Below are positions 12,901-23,707 of a stretch of DNA of 34,718 nt, one piece after another; within the stretch, counting starts at the first letter, position 1, and each line of letters opens with the position of its first letter. The notes under the pieces were generated by a model. The model worked only from the letters and a program-made list of their open reading frames with translations. It did not search any database and was not told the origin of the DNA. Made by a program: the position numbers and the translations under genes. The DNA is from Catajapyx aquilonaris (lineage: Eukaryota), in NCBI GenBank assembly GCA_000934665.2, contig KZ539066.1, positions 1 through 34,718 of the forward strand, in the 5' to 3' direction.

Positions 12901-15900
12901 AGAACTATCAGTCTACCTGGCGATTGGGCGTGAGTTTCCCTTCACCCTGTATTTCTGTGTACAGACATAGACATTCTTTTCCGATTGTTACTTCTAAGCT
13001 TTTTTTTTTTTGCGATGCAAGGATAATATGCAACACATATAATCCGCACCTGGATAATCGGGAGGACAGTGTAGCAGCTTCAAGTGAAATTTGTGATAAC
13101 TGAAAGTGCACGAATTCTTGGAACATTATGTATAACTGCCCATCTGCTTGTCCAAATCAGGACTATTGCCATGGTATGTGACTCCAGCATTGGATTCATC
13201 CCCCATATCTTGCATAGTGCCAACCTTGACCTAATTTGAGGCCTTGGAGAGGGTCATTACAAATGGTGCCTGGACTGGCCTGGCCTGGACTTTTGGCAGT
13301 GGCTGTTTCAGCTGGGAGTAACTTTTCCTCACAGGGTGCTGTGGTCAGACAAGTCCCCATTTTCACTGGCTGGTGTCATGAATCAGCAAAATATGCACTC
13401 GACTGGGCACAGAAACAGTAATGGCCACCTTCACTTGGATATAGTTGCTTCTCTCTAAACTGGTTGTTGGGATATGCTTTTTTTACATACCCCACTCTTG
13501 AACAGGGGGACTTAAGTCAGATGACCACTATGTATAATCGCATCTGAGTATCCCATAAAATCATACTCTTACCCAGGTCCCGGAGTCTCCCTATACCATA
13601 AACATTGCTCTCCCTGTGCGCCTTAGCTGATCTCCCCCACCAAGAGGGGTTGCCATGGGCGGCGCTAGTCTCAGACACGAAGACAGGTGGCGCTGCCACT
13701 AACGGGAAATTTAGAACCATTTCTGTCGACTGCGATTGGCTGAGTAGTACACGCCTCCTGTACTGCTCCACAGGAGGCCTTAACTCAGCAGTTCTCAACC
13801 TTTGCCACATCGGCCCCCCCTGGAAAGTAATTTCAGATATCGCCGGCGCCCCCCCTCCCCACCCAATAAGCCCACCACAGGCGAAATGGGTTTTTTTTTG
13901 TTCAAGGTCACACAATCTTAGGTAAATGTAATAACTGACAAAGTACAGTGGACCTCCTATACTGTAAGCACATCGGATATAAGCAAGTAGAAAGATTTCT
14001 TATTTCCAGCAGTGCCAATGTACCCCTGCGAGCATAAAGATGGAGACGGCAGGCCCTTTTTTGACCTTTCTTTATCCGACTCAAATTAATGAACTATTTT
14101 TTGGACCGAGTTTGCTGCTTCAGGCATGTGTTCGTGTATTTATGACAGTATATTTGATACCGTAATTGCTGAGATTGACAGAGCAGCCAGCCGAAGGTGA
14201 GGGCCTGCCGTCTCCATCTTTATGCTCGCGGGTGTACAAGTGCAGTTGAATCCGGATATAACAGACTTGTCTGCTATTATCTGACTGCACAAATCCTTAT
14301 TCAGTACTGCACATTTGGCTTTTAGAACTGCACAAATTGTGTAGAACTGCATGCTACAGTAAGCCCTGAGAAGTAGTTATTACCTAATCAGTGCGACTTT
14401 TGTGTCTGTTTCGAGTCACATAATGTCTTGATTCGCCCCGCGCCCCACCTGTCACCCCTTCATGCCCCCCCAGGGGGGCGTGCCCCACAGTTTGAGAACC
14501 GCTGCCTTAACCACTCCAGCCATTTGGAGTCGACCGAAATGGTTCAGAATTTCCCACTAGTGGCGGTGCAACTTGTCTTCGCGTCCGAGATGCAGCAGCA
14601 CCCTGGCAAACCCCTGCGGTGGGGGAGATCAGCTAAGGTGCACACAAAAAGGTGGGGAGTGGCCACCCCCTGTTCTTACCATTCACTTGCGTGATGGGAA
14701 AATAGTATATACTGTGGAAAACAGGTGAATTATTGGTATTGACATTTTCCTTCCAGAGCACTTGAAGAAGTATTCCTTGGATCATCGTACATCTGCACTC
14801 CAGCCTCGAGGCCTGAGCAATCGGGGCAACTGGTGCTATGTTAATGCCACACTTCAGGCCCTTCTGGCATGTCCGCCCTTTTACAATCTTGTGCGTTCCA
14901 TGGCTAACTTCCCGGGACACAAACGACTTAGAAATGCCTTTCCTGTCACAGACAGTGTGTGAGTATCACGTAGTCCAGTGGTTTTCAAACTTGGGTTCAC
15001 GTATCCCTGGGGGTACGTGAACTCAATTTTGGGGGTACGCGAAAGATCGTGCAATGGCGTCCAGTCGCTACAATATTTTGTGGGAACCATAATATTCTGA
15101 TTCAACAAGAATGAACCAACTTCTGAGAAAAACACAAAATATGGGCCTACTCTTTCCCGTCTTTCTTTTTGCTATTATTCTAGTGAAGATTATATGGCAA
15201 AGTACCATCATCAACTGTGTTGAGAAAAACCTTGGGCTTAAATTTATGCTACTCTTGTCCCCAATATTACCCAAAAATTATGAAACAAAAAGCGCACGAA
15301 CTTATAAGTGCCCACAATAATTATTGCTATTTTCAGGTAACAGGTCGAAGTTGGGGTACAAACTGTCTTGACATATTTGAAAAAGGGTATGCGACAAAAA
15401 AAGTTTGGGAACCACTGACGTAGTCTGTTGTCATTGCCTTTTTTTTAAAGTTACCATATTATAAATTTAAATTAATTAATAAATAATTGGGTGGTGTTTT
15501 TGACCTCTGTGTGTAGAATGAATGTTTTTAAAAATTGTCATACTAAATTACCGCATTCTGAAACTATGACTATGAGAGGAGAAGATTCCCATGAAGATTC
15601 TCCTCAGTTGTGTTTGACACTTGAGTCATTTTAGGACCACTGGAAATTCCAGATTTTTTCTTGGCCCAGAAGGGAGTTGAATTTTTCCCAGGCATGTTGG
15701 TTGAAAATCAGTAAAAAGGCCCAACCAAGCTAAGGTGACAGGGATGGGATTTCAGCCCCAGACCACCAGCTTGGCTGGCCAGTGATATAACCATTAGACC
15801 ACTGTGTCCCTCTACCATCTTATATCTTTCAAACAGGATAGACTTTGTGCGGGAGTTTCAACTGATGCCAAAGGCGTATCGCAAGGAGAAGCTGCAGAAG

Positions 15901-17034
15901 CGTGAAGAAATGCAAGTTCAACTAGGGCCAACCTTCGAGCCAACCTCAATATACCGGATGCTTACTACAATCAAGACTGACGCATTCAAGGTGGAAGGAC
16001 GGCAAGAGGATGCAGAGGAATTTCTAAGCTGCCTCCTGAATGGATTGCAGGATGAAATGGCTGAAGTGAGTGCTGTTATAGACTACACCTTTTACATGTC
16101 TCTACAAAGGTGGGATTTAGAGTTCTGAAATGGAAAGTTGTGGGTTTTGCACTGTTTCCACATCATCATCACAAAAGCAGGATTTGGAGTTACGCAATCT
16201 GAGTTCCAGGTGCAGCCCAGAAGTTGAAATACCCCCTGATTGGTCCCACAATGCTGATGGTCTCAACAGGAATTTGAGATTAATAGAAGGCTGGGCAACT
16301 GCTTTTCCACATGAGAAATTCAATTGGGATAATCAGCAGAGCTCCCAGTGTTTAGTGACATGTATATGAGTGATTGGAGTGTCAGGTTTTGAAACTCTGC
16401 CTTCCCCGTTCTGAACTGATGTGACATATAAACATTGATTGATTTAGATGCTTTGGGCCTTGCTGCACCACTACCAGGAAACATTGGCTAGAAATGGAGG
16501 AAATCAAGGAAATATTTTTGTTGCTTATTGTGGACAACAAAAAAAATTTGCCACTTTCTTGCCACCCCATATATTTCCTCTCATGGTGCTGTGCATTAGA
16601 AATATACAGTATTACTAGTTTGGTCTCAAGGCAAGAATTTTAATTACTTGTGAAGTAGAATCCTTTTTAATGGGGGCAGGGTAGTCTGGTGGCTATGCTA
16701 CTGGCCAGCCAAGTGGGAGGTCTGGGGTTCAAATCCATCCCCGTCACCTCTGCTTGGTCTGGTATTTTTCCGCTTTTCACCCGCCATGTCTGCCGTCAGA
16801 TGAAAGAAGGCCGTTTTTGAGTTACTGTCTTTCATCTGATGGCAGATGTCCAGGCAGAATTGTACTCCCTTCTCTGCCCAGGGCCAGGAGAAAAGGTCTG
16901 GTATTTAAGATGGTCTGAAATGACTAAAAACTATTGAAGAGCGCCCTCCCTTGGGAATCTCCCCTTCCCCCCTAAAAGGGCCCAAGGCCCTATCACGGGG
17001 TAATGGGGGGGGGGGGGGAGNNNNNNNNNNNNNN

Positions 17035-17076
<42 letters not shown>

Positions 17077-19912
17077 CTTTTAAATTGCGTTGAATATGTT
17101 AACACTAAGGAAGTCTCGCGGTTAGGAAATTATGTTGCTATAATGGATATTCTGGGTTCAAATCCTGGGACCATCCCAACTTGTGTTTCATGTAATTTCC
17201 CACTGGTCCCTTTTGGACAACTTTAGGGTGATTATTTCCCTATTCTTCAGTCCTAATTTCAGTGTTGAATGAATACAGGTACGGAAATACCTTTCCATCA
17301 TTAGACTGCACTTCTCTCTGATGACAGTGTGTAATACGTATCTCGGATGCGTGGGAAAAAGAGTACAAGTCAGGGATGGAAAAAGAACCGCTTCTTTGGG
17401 AGGAAGCGGTTCTTTTTCCATCCCTGGTACAAGTAAAAATAAAAATAAAAATACTTGTGCTTTTCCCCCCGAATCCCAGTATTATCCATGGGGTGGATTA
17501 ATCGAGGTGAATGCTCGGATTCGGTGGGAAAAGTGCATAAGTCAAAAAAAACAACATATGACTTGTGCTCTTTTTCTCGTGCATCCGAGATATGGCACCC
17601 AAGATTATACAGGGTGTTTGGAAAATATTATACAGTAAAACTTCTATAAGTAGAATCTCCATGGGACCGGAAAAAAATTTCGAGTTATAGAAGATTCGAG
17701 TTAAGAGAAGTTTGGCTTTTTTAAAGCACAGAACTCTATAAGGAAGCCTACCTTTATATCCAGTGACGAAAGGTGTTCAAAACTTAAAAGTAACTGTCAC
17801 TATCACACTTACATGGTTCCTCGTTGTTTTGTTGTAAAAAACTCCACATTTGCCTACCTCTTAGATTCAAGGATTCAATTGTCATAATCGAGTCAAACAC
17901 TTATTTCGGTACATCTGGTAGATGGGGATCAGGAAATTGAGCCTTTCTGTACGTGTGGCCTATACTCTCGACCCTTCGGCTGGGAAATGAGAAAATAATT
18001 TTCCGCACTCGCCAACATGAACTTCGACTTAGAGAGTCTGAAAATGCATTGATATCCCATCGTAAGGGCCTGCCTGCACTTTGAGTTATGGAAGTTTATT
18101 TCCTATTATTTTACATTGTGACCGACCAAGCTCATAATTTTCTTTGGCTTATTGAGAACTTTAGTTCGACTTATAGAAGTTTTACTGTAATAAAATAAAA
18201 AATGACTTTTTTGAATAAAACATGTATCTTTCAGGCATGTTTTCTCATATGACCATACTTTGACCAGGTGTATCTCTTCTTTGAATGTAGATATTAATGA
18301 TATTATTTTGTCCCTAAAACATGTCCTTTTACTACATTGCACGTAATAGGTTTCATGTGTATAACCTAAATAATAACTCCATAATAAATTGCGTAATAAG
18401 TGAATTTCCAGCAAGAGAAGCACTTTTGGCTTTTTTGGTTTTTTTTTAAAGATGGTTGTACCAGTAAATTACGTCATTGTGCATATTATTTGGGACCCGA
18501 CCATGTGAAGAAGTCATGTTTAAAATTTCATTTCTAGCATCACGTTTCTTATACATTAGCTTTCAAACCAGACGGAGTGGGGCAAAATTCCCACTTATCA
18601 ATTTTTTGCTCCAAAGAACAGGATTTTTTTTCTCGGCATTAACCATGTGACTACAGTTAGATATGGGGTTAATATATATATTTTTTGCAACAAAATCGAA
18701 AACCATGACTTCCACCCTCTGTCTGAATTGAAATGGAAGCAGCCTGTGACACTAATTCTGTCTGTGTATTCAAAGGGACACTTGTTTAATCTATTCTTAC
18801 CAACTTCTCAAGGGCAACTTTTGTTCAACTTGCAGTTCATGAAGATAACAATCAAGAACGACAACCTCCCTGTAAGCTCCATGAGTAATGGACTGTCTGA
18901 GTCACCTCTGGCAGCACCTAGAAATGGAGAGGTCCCACAGGCACTGAGGGGAAGTGGCAGGAGTGAAAAGGGGTCACCCAGCACAGGATTCGATGAAGAG
19001 GAGGAAGAGGAATGGCAAGTGATGGGGCCACGAAACCGGGCATGCATCACTCGAAAGGCCGAAATCTTTCGCACTCCCATCTCAGAAATTTTTGTGGGCC
19101 AAATTCGTTCCGTGCTGAACCAGGCTGGTGCACAGCCCACTGCCACCCTGCAGCCGTTTGTCACTTTGCAGCTAGATATTCAGGTTAGATATTCAATGAG
19201 GCATAGCCGTGATGCATATTGTCATGGAGTACTCATTGCAGAGCGACAAGGTTAGCAGCGTGAAGGATGCTCTGGAAGGGCTCGTCTGCCGTGAAGCCAT
19301 CGAGGGTTATACTTGTGCCAAAACACGACAGGAGGTAGAGGCCTCCAGGCAGATCACATTGGAAGAGTTGCCACGCATCCTTATCCTGCATCTAAAGCGC
19401 TTTATTTATGACGACAAGTCTGGTGGTTCCCAAAAACTGTTGAAGCAGGTGGACTTCAGTGTAGATATGGAATTGAGCAAAGGTGTGTTCAAAGAGAGTA
19501 CATGAGACTGAAAATGTCTTAACAATTTCTTTTATTTGCAGACCTCCTTTCAACAAATGCAAAGACTAAGTTCAGCCTGAAGCAAAGACAGTATAAGCTG
19601 TTTGCAGGTAAGCATGTTGAGGTTGGCGGGTATGGGATGATAAGTAATAATAATTTTGTTTCAGTGGTTTACCACGATGGAAAGGAGGCCAGTAAGGGCC
19701 ATTACGTGACTGATCTCTTCCATGCTGGCTATGGGGTGTGGATAAGGTTTGATGACAGCATGGTGAAGCCCATCACCGATGTACAGATGCTGAAGCACAG
19801 CCCTCCCCGTGTCCCATACTTACTGTACTACCGCCGGGGAGACACGTTGTCCTCAGTTGCCACTTCACCCTCATCTGCCTCCTCGCCCCCATCAGGTGAA
19901 GTGCGCCGTTGA
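3200..19912 (+). CDS. USP10: Ubiquitin carboxyl-terminal hydrolase 10 (USP10), spliced, 5' end incomplete; exons 3200-3983, 11758-12165, 14757-14958, 15837-16065, 18836-19183, 19242-19482, 19542-19607, 19665-19912
   Basis: All seven introns are GT-AG with matching phases (1,1,2,0,0,1,1); the joined length is 2526 nt = 841 aa + TGA. Motifs: KTWASLF, Cys box GLSNRGNWCYVNATLQAL (TGC at 14834-14836), GRQEDAEEFL, EEWQVMGPRNR, LILHLKRF, His box VVYHDGKEASKGHY and WIRFDD...YLLYYRR, all typical of USP10/Ubp3. No start codon exon identified. Confidence 0.95.
4057..4626. mobile_element. Degenerate DNA-transposon-like element
   Basis: Imperfect TIR GGGTAATTCCAC / GTGGAATTCCCC and internal repeats of TCAGTTA / TAACTGA. 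Confidence 0.5.
5327..5594 (-). mobile_element. tRNA-derived SINE, family B
   Basis: On -: GGGGAGGTGTGGTGGCCGAGATGG (A box), GGTTCGATCCC (B box), A-rich tail. Confidence 0.75.
5823..6140. mobile_element. PIF/Harbinger-like MITE
   Basis: TIR GGGGTCGTGCAAATACCACGTGAC; flanks TAA / TAG. Confidence 0.8.
6462..7288. mobile_element. piggyBac-like non-autonomous element nested in the 6422 element
   Basis: TTAA TSD (6458-6461, 7289-7292); TIR CCCAGATAT(C/G)CCG; host sequence resumes seamlessly. Confidence 0.85.
7433..8015 (+). mobile_element. pogo/Tigger-like MITE family P, copy 1
   Basis: TIR CAGTAAAACTTCTATAA; TA on the right; homologous to 9630-10178 and 17633-18187. Confidence 0.9.
8935..9034. 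mobile_element. hAT MITE (100 bp)
   Basis: TIR CAGGGCTATTCAA; perfect 8 bp TSD ACATAGAC; related fragment at ~590-645. Confidence 0.9.
9368..9625. mobile_element. TA-flanked Tc1/mariner-type MITE
   Basis: TIR TCGTCGGCCGGCGATCAAAACCTCGTAACTCC, TA on both sides. Confidence 0.88.
9630..10178 (-). mobile_element. pogo/Tigger-like MITE family P, copy 2 (inverted)
   Basis: TA TSD; TIR CAGTAAAACTTCT(A/C)TAAGTCGAA; reverse-complement of copy 1. Confidence 0.9.
11027..11447. mobile_element. PIF/Harbinger-like MITE
   Basis: TIR AGGCTAGTTTATACTC(T/C)GCCGTAAGGGG; flanks TCG / TCA. Confidence 0.75.
11758..12165 (+). CDS. USP10: USP10 exon (acidic stretch, KTWASLF motif)
   Basis: ctctcacAG acceptor, G|gtaggt donor; encodes NKTWASLFKP and DVLAQKIG. 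Confidence 0.9.
12525..12949. mobile_element. Mariner-like MITE family M, copy 1
   Basis: TA TSD; ~85 bp TIR starting CAG(A/G)GTGAAGGGAAACTCACGCCCAATC; second copy at 25840-26269. Confidence 0.9.
13786..14504. mobile_element. hAT (Charlie/Buster-like) MITE
   Basis: TIR CAGC(A/G)GTTCTCAA; TSD CCTTAACT / CCTTAACC. Confidence 0.85.
14023..14234. mobile_element. Tc1-like MITE nested in the hAT MITE
   Basis: TA TSD; TIR core GCGAGCATAAAGATGGAGACGGCAGGCC. Confidence 0.8.
14757..14958 (+). CDS. USP10: USP10 exon with catalytic Cys box
   Basis: ccttccAG acceptor, gtgagt donor; LQPRGLSNRGNWCYVNATLQALLACPP. Confidence 0.97.
14976..15417. mobile_element. hAT (Charlie-like) MITE
   Basis: TIR CAGTGGTT..CAAAC; perfect TSD ACGTAGTC (14968-14975, 15418-15425). 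Confidence 0.92.
15695..15812 (-). mobile_element. tRNA-derived SINE family C, degenerate 5' part
   Basis: Reverse-complement similarity to 16672-16785 (CTGGCCAGCCAAG...GGTCTGGGG...CATCCC.GTCACC). Confidence 0.65.
15837..16065 (+). CDS. USP10: USP10 exon (QEDAEEFL box)
   Basis: aaacAG acceptor, GAA|gtgagt donor. Confidence 0.96.
16672..17005 (+). mobile_element. tRNA-derived SINE, family C
   Basis: A-box-like head, B box GGTTCAAATCC, 3' tail GGCCCAAGGCCCTATCACGGGGTA shared with the SINE at 26825. Confidence 0.7.
17004..17072. repeat. Poly-G run, assembly gap and (GA)n microsatellite
   Basis: Directly visible; N run at 17021-17034. Confidence 0.95.
17341..17590. mobile_element. TA-flanked MITE
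   Basis: TIR TCTCGGATGC...GAAAAAGAG(T/C)ACAAGT; TA on both sides. Confidence 0.8.
17371..17426. mobile_element. 56 bp minimal hAT element (perfect hairpin)
   Basis: 24 bp perfect TIR CAGGGATGGAAAAAGAACCGCTTC, 8 nt spacer, perfect TSD GTACAAGT. Confidence 0.85.
17633..18187 (+). mobile_element. pogo/Tigger-like MITE family P, copy 3
   Basis: TA TSD; TIR CAGTAAAACTTCTATAAGT; homologous to copies 1 and 2. Confidence 0.9.
18836..19183 (+). CDS. USP10: USP10 exon
   Basis: cttgcAG acceptor, CAG|gttaga donor; EEWQVMGPRNR...TPISEIF...LQLDIQ. Confidence 0.95.
19242..19482 (+). CDS. USP10: USP10 exon
   Basis: Follows a 58 bp intron; SDKVSSVKDAL...LPRILILHLKRF. Confidence 0.95.
19542..19607 (+). CDS. 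USP10: USP10 66-nt exon (absent from ORF track)
   Basis: tttgcAG / G|gtaagc; DLLSTNAKTKFSLKQRQYKLFA; flanked by 59 and 57 bp introns. Confidence 0.93.
19665..19912 (+). CDS. USP10: USP10 last coding exon with His box
   Basis: tttcAG acceptor; VVYHDGKEASKGHY...RFDD; TGA at 19910-19912. Confidence 0.96.
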
Positions 19913-22590
19913 AGAGCAGTGTGAAAGAATGTGTTGAGTGGTTCGTGGATTGTAAGAGTTGTTGGATTTGGCTGTAACAAAGACAACGTGCAAGTGGTCA
20001 TTAAAAACTCCGTGAAATTTTCTCGTGGAAGTCTGTCTTTCGTGACAAGACTTCTGCTCGTAGTGAAGCTTTTATTTGCCACAGTAGGTGCAAATTTCCA
20101 TTTGACTTATTTTATTTGGAATTGGTGCCTCCAGCATTGTAGTGTACCATTGATGGCCAAAGTCTTGGCTGCAAGATTGAAGTAACTGAGGAACAGTGTC
20201 ACAATGTACAAACAAGAATGCAAATCATTGGTCAATATGGTGAAGTAGCAGAGGAACCTACCTGGAGGTGCCTTTTATGTATAAAATTATATTACCTTAC
20301 ATGGCAGTGGAGGCAATGTGCTTGTACATTGCCTGAAAAGATTTGTGCCATTACTGCTGCCTGTCAGCGTGTAAAAAAAAATGACTGTTTGATGTACAGG
20401 TATATCTATATTTTTACAATGGGTGGCGAGGGGTGTTAATAGTGGAGAATTTTCGACGCAGCCTTGGACTGACATTGGTGAAATCGTGGCTTCTGAAATC
20501 ACTGACTTTTGAAATCATGGCACAGCCCATCGACATTAGGAAGTGTGCAAGGTGAGCATGTGTCCACTTGAAAAAAAGGAAAGACACAATATGTTGGGAT
20601 TTTACCACTAGCACAACTTGTGCCACTTGACAAGTGGCAGTTGGGGACAATTATATTGAGTAATTATTTTGTTCCACATATAACTTAATTTTGATTCCTA
20701 GTTTTCAACTTACTGTGTAACTGTTGTGACTGCCAGTATCATTGGTTTCAAGATAACTTTGCCGTGAATGAAAGTGCATGGAAGATGTCCAGGGTTATGC
20801 CGCAACATAGGCGAGATGAAGAATTTTATGTGTCGTGGTGAATCGTGGTGGTGATACTGCTGCATGCCCATGAGAGCAGGCTTGATGGGACAGCATCTAA
20901 AAAGGGTTGACATAACATGTGCCTTGTGTGTGTCATCAGAACTGTTTTACAGCATGTCTTGTTAGTAATATATTATGTGTTTATGTGCCTGGGTGCATTG
21001 TTGTTATTTTATTCCCATTGCTAGGCCTGTTGACATGCTGTGTGGCACAGCAAGGCTTGTCCTTCTGTCCCAACAGTGGTGTACTTCTATTTGGAACATA
21101 GCATTAAAATGAATGTGTGTTCAGCAAAAACTTAATCACTGGCAGTGGATTACTATAATCAGTTTGGCTTGTTTTGAATAACAATTTCATGCCCTTGAAT
21201 CCAAGTGGAATCTATGGTAATGTGTTGTTTTACAACTGTCTTGGATGGCCAAAAGATGTCATGTGTTCGGTGCTAAAGTTTGTCCTTTTGCAATGGAAAT
21301 TCTATCAGGCATTCTTGTTAACATCGTAACACTCGAGTTTGTTCTGCAACAACATGCAAAGGGCAGTTGAGCAGAAGAGCAAGGATTGTTCTCGGGAAAG
21401 AAGCTTCTAACTTGTGTGATGCCATTCAAACTAAGGATAGCTGCAGAAGTTCATGTGGTCTGAATTACCTTGTCTGAGGTGTAATAATCCTTCAATTTGC
21501 TCACACGCATTATTGTTATCACGAAGTAAGGGCCTTTCCTGCTGTGTGCATGGGAAAATATTGTACCCGTCTTCTGCTGGCATGGTTTACATGTTCTTGA
21601 GGCTGTGATATAACAACATGATAGCTGAGTGTCTCTCTGGAGAGCGTTTCAGGATTATTCAAGCATTGAAAAAAGTTGCCATTGTACCACATGCTTCAGG
21701 ATTGAGCTCACATCTGGATTGGTAAAATTCTCACTGATTCTCATTTCAAATCACTCCTTCACGTGTGTCTCAGTTACATGCATTGTTGGAAAACCATTTG
21801 TATGCATTATTGATTACTTGCCAAACTCAAAGGTGACATGGCAGGGGTGAGCATCTATTACTGATATGGATGTGAGGTAAATTACAAAACAAATGGTATA
21901 GGCTTAATTTTAACATTGTGGAAGCTCCTAGTGGGAAATTATCAGGAAAGTAATCTCAGAACTTGCTGTACCTAATTCAATAAGAGACTGGTTGGCCTGT
22001 TGTTGTGTGTGCAGCAAATGCGCATGTATGCATGCATGTACACACACGGGTTCATTTCCTCTTCCTACAAAAATGTGACTCGGGATTGAAAATGTGATGT
22101 GTTGATATTTACATGACCACACTAACTATAAGAATAGAGGCTTCCAATTTTGAGTGGGACATTTGGACCTGTCTTGCCTGCCTTTTGGCGTTGTGTCAGT
22201 GATGTATACACGTCTCAGGGAGATGGCCGTTGCGGTGCATGCTGATGGAGGCAAGGATGCCAGAGCAATGGCTGAATGTAGAGCCAACATTGGATTTGAG
22301 CAGGGTGCTCCTGTCATCCATCACCCTTGTCCGTTCCCTCTTCTTGTGAAGAATTTTCTTCTTCCTATCCTGTTGTAAACTGAATATATGGACATTTGTT
22401 GTTGGCCTGCAGCCTTTTGTGCAGGCACATGAGCACAGTGATAAAAGAGTGGTTTTCATTTTTATTTCCTCATTCAAGCTTGCCAAGATCGTGGTTTTTG
22501 AGCCTGCACATGTGTGCATAAGGTTTTTGTAGTCAAGTTGTTCTACAAGTTGTGTAGTAATGACAATAAAAACACCTGCTTCAAATGTTG
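19913..22590 (+). other. Probable long USP10 3' UTR with AATAAA at 22565-22570
   Basis: Transposon-free, TG-rich stretch after the stop, ending in AATAAA followed by GT-rich sequence; the first downstream MITE starts at 22757. Confidence 0.55.
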
Positions 22591-22756
22591 GTGTTGAGCC
22601 ATGTCATGCATTTCCCTGAATGGGTAATAACATGCAGATTCCATGCAAGAAAAAACTTGGGATATGATCACATGAATTAGAAGAGAGCATGGCTTAAGTG
22701 ACAATACAGTGCTCAGTACGTTGAGTATATGACTGCATTTTTTTGCAATGCATGTA

Positions 22757-23094
22757 CAGTTGAACCCTGATTATCTGTCACCAATGGGACTGGGTATTGT
22801 CGGATAACTGAACAGGTTGGATAATCCGAGGAGAAAAACTTTCATAAAACACACCAAAAGACAAAAACATGAAATAACATGCAATATTATGATTTTCTAA
22901 GAAATAGTGAATTATTTATCGTGTAGCATACTTGACTGTACTGTGTATTTACAATTTAACTACAGCAGAACAAACAAATGCATAGAACATTACAGTATTT
23001 CATGGAAAAAAAAAAAACACATTGCTGGAGCAGGACAATCAGATAAACCGAGGAGTCGGATAATCTCCAAGGTTGGATAATCGGGGTTCTACTG
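22757..23094. mobile_element. pogo/Tigger-like MITE
   Basis: TA TSD; TIR CAGT(T/A)GAACCC(T/C)GATTATC; subterminal GGATAA repeats. Confidence 0.85.
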
Positions 23095-23707
23095 TATGAT
23101 ACTTTGCCATTCCACTAATGTGGTTGAAAGGACAAAATATCACTTGTCACATTGGGGGAATTTTTTATTGCTCTTGGAATAATTGTAGGTAGCTCTGGAG
23201 GCTTCAAATGTAGTGGACTACTTCAAGGGACTGGAAATCAGTGCTATAATCGTATGTTATAGCCCGATATGCAAGCCACATGTTTTTTTATTTATTTTTT
23301 AATATTTTGGTTACCCCTTGATAGCCATGATTGGCTTTTCGGGGGACATTCCCCCCAGCAACAGTTTTACATACATATTAATTATTTACACTCAAAATAA
23401 ACAGCAAAAAAAAAGAATAGTTATTCACATAAGTCCAGAATCTTTAGCAGACCACTAAAAAAAAGAAAAAGGGCGTATGTTTTGTCCTTAGTTAAATGCG
23501 CGAAGAGCCAATGGAGCCTATCCGGTGGAACTTTGGGAAACTCCTGTAAGTACCTCAGGCAAGCCACATGTGGAAGTTTGTTGGGACCAGCCTTTCGAGT
23601 TTACTATAACCGAGAGTGTGTTATAGCTGAGGCTGATGTATCCAGAATCAACTGTATTATAACGTAAAGGTATGAAAGAATTGACAGCACCTTTCCTGCA
23701 ATATTAA

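Larger units (their letters stand above)
13612..14646. mobile_element. Old fold-back element hosting nested MITEs
   Basis: ~13612-13745 is the inverted copy of ~14513-14646 (CCTTAGCTGATCTCCCCCACC / GGTGGGGGAGATCAGCTAAGG); true termini unresolved. Confidence 0.65.

Noticed and set aside
22126..22519. Short ORFs in the presumed USP10 3' UTR; stop-codon readthrough
   Set aside because: No motifs or splice support; a second in-frame TGA follows four codons after the USP10 stop.
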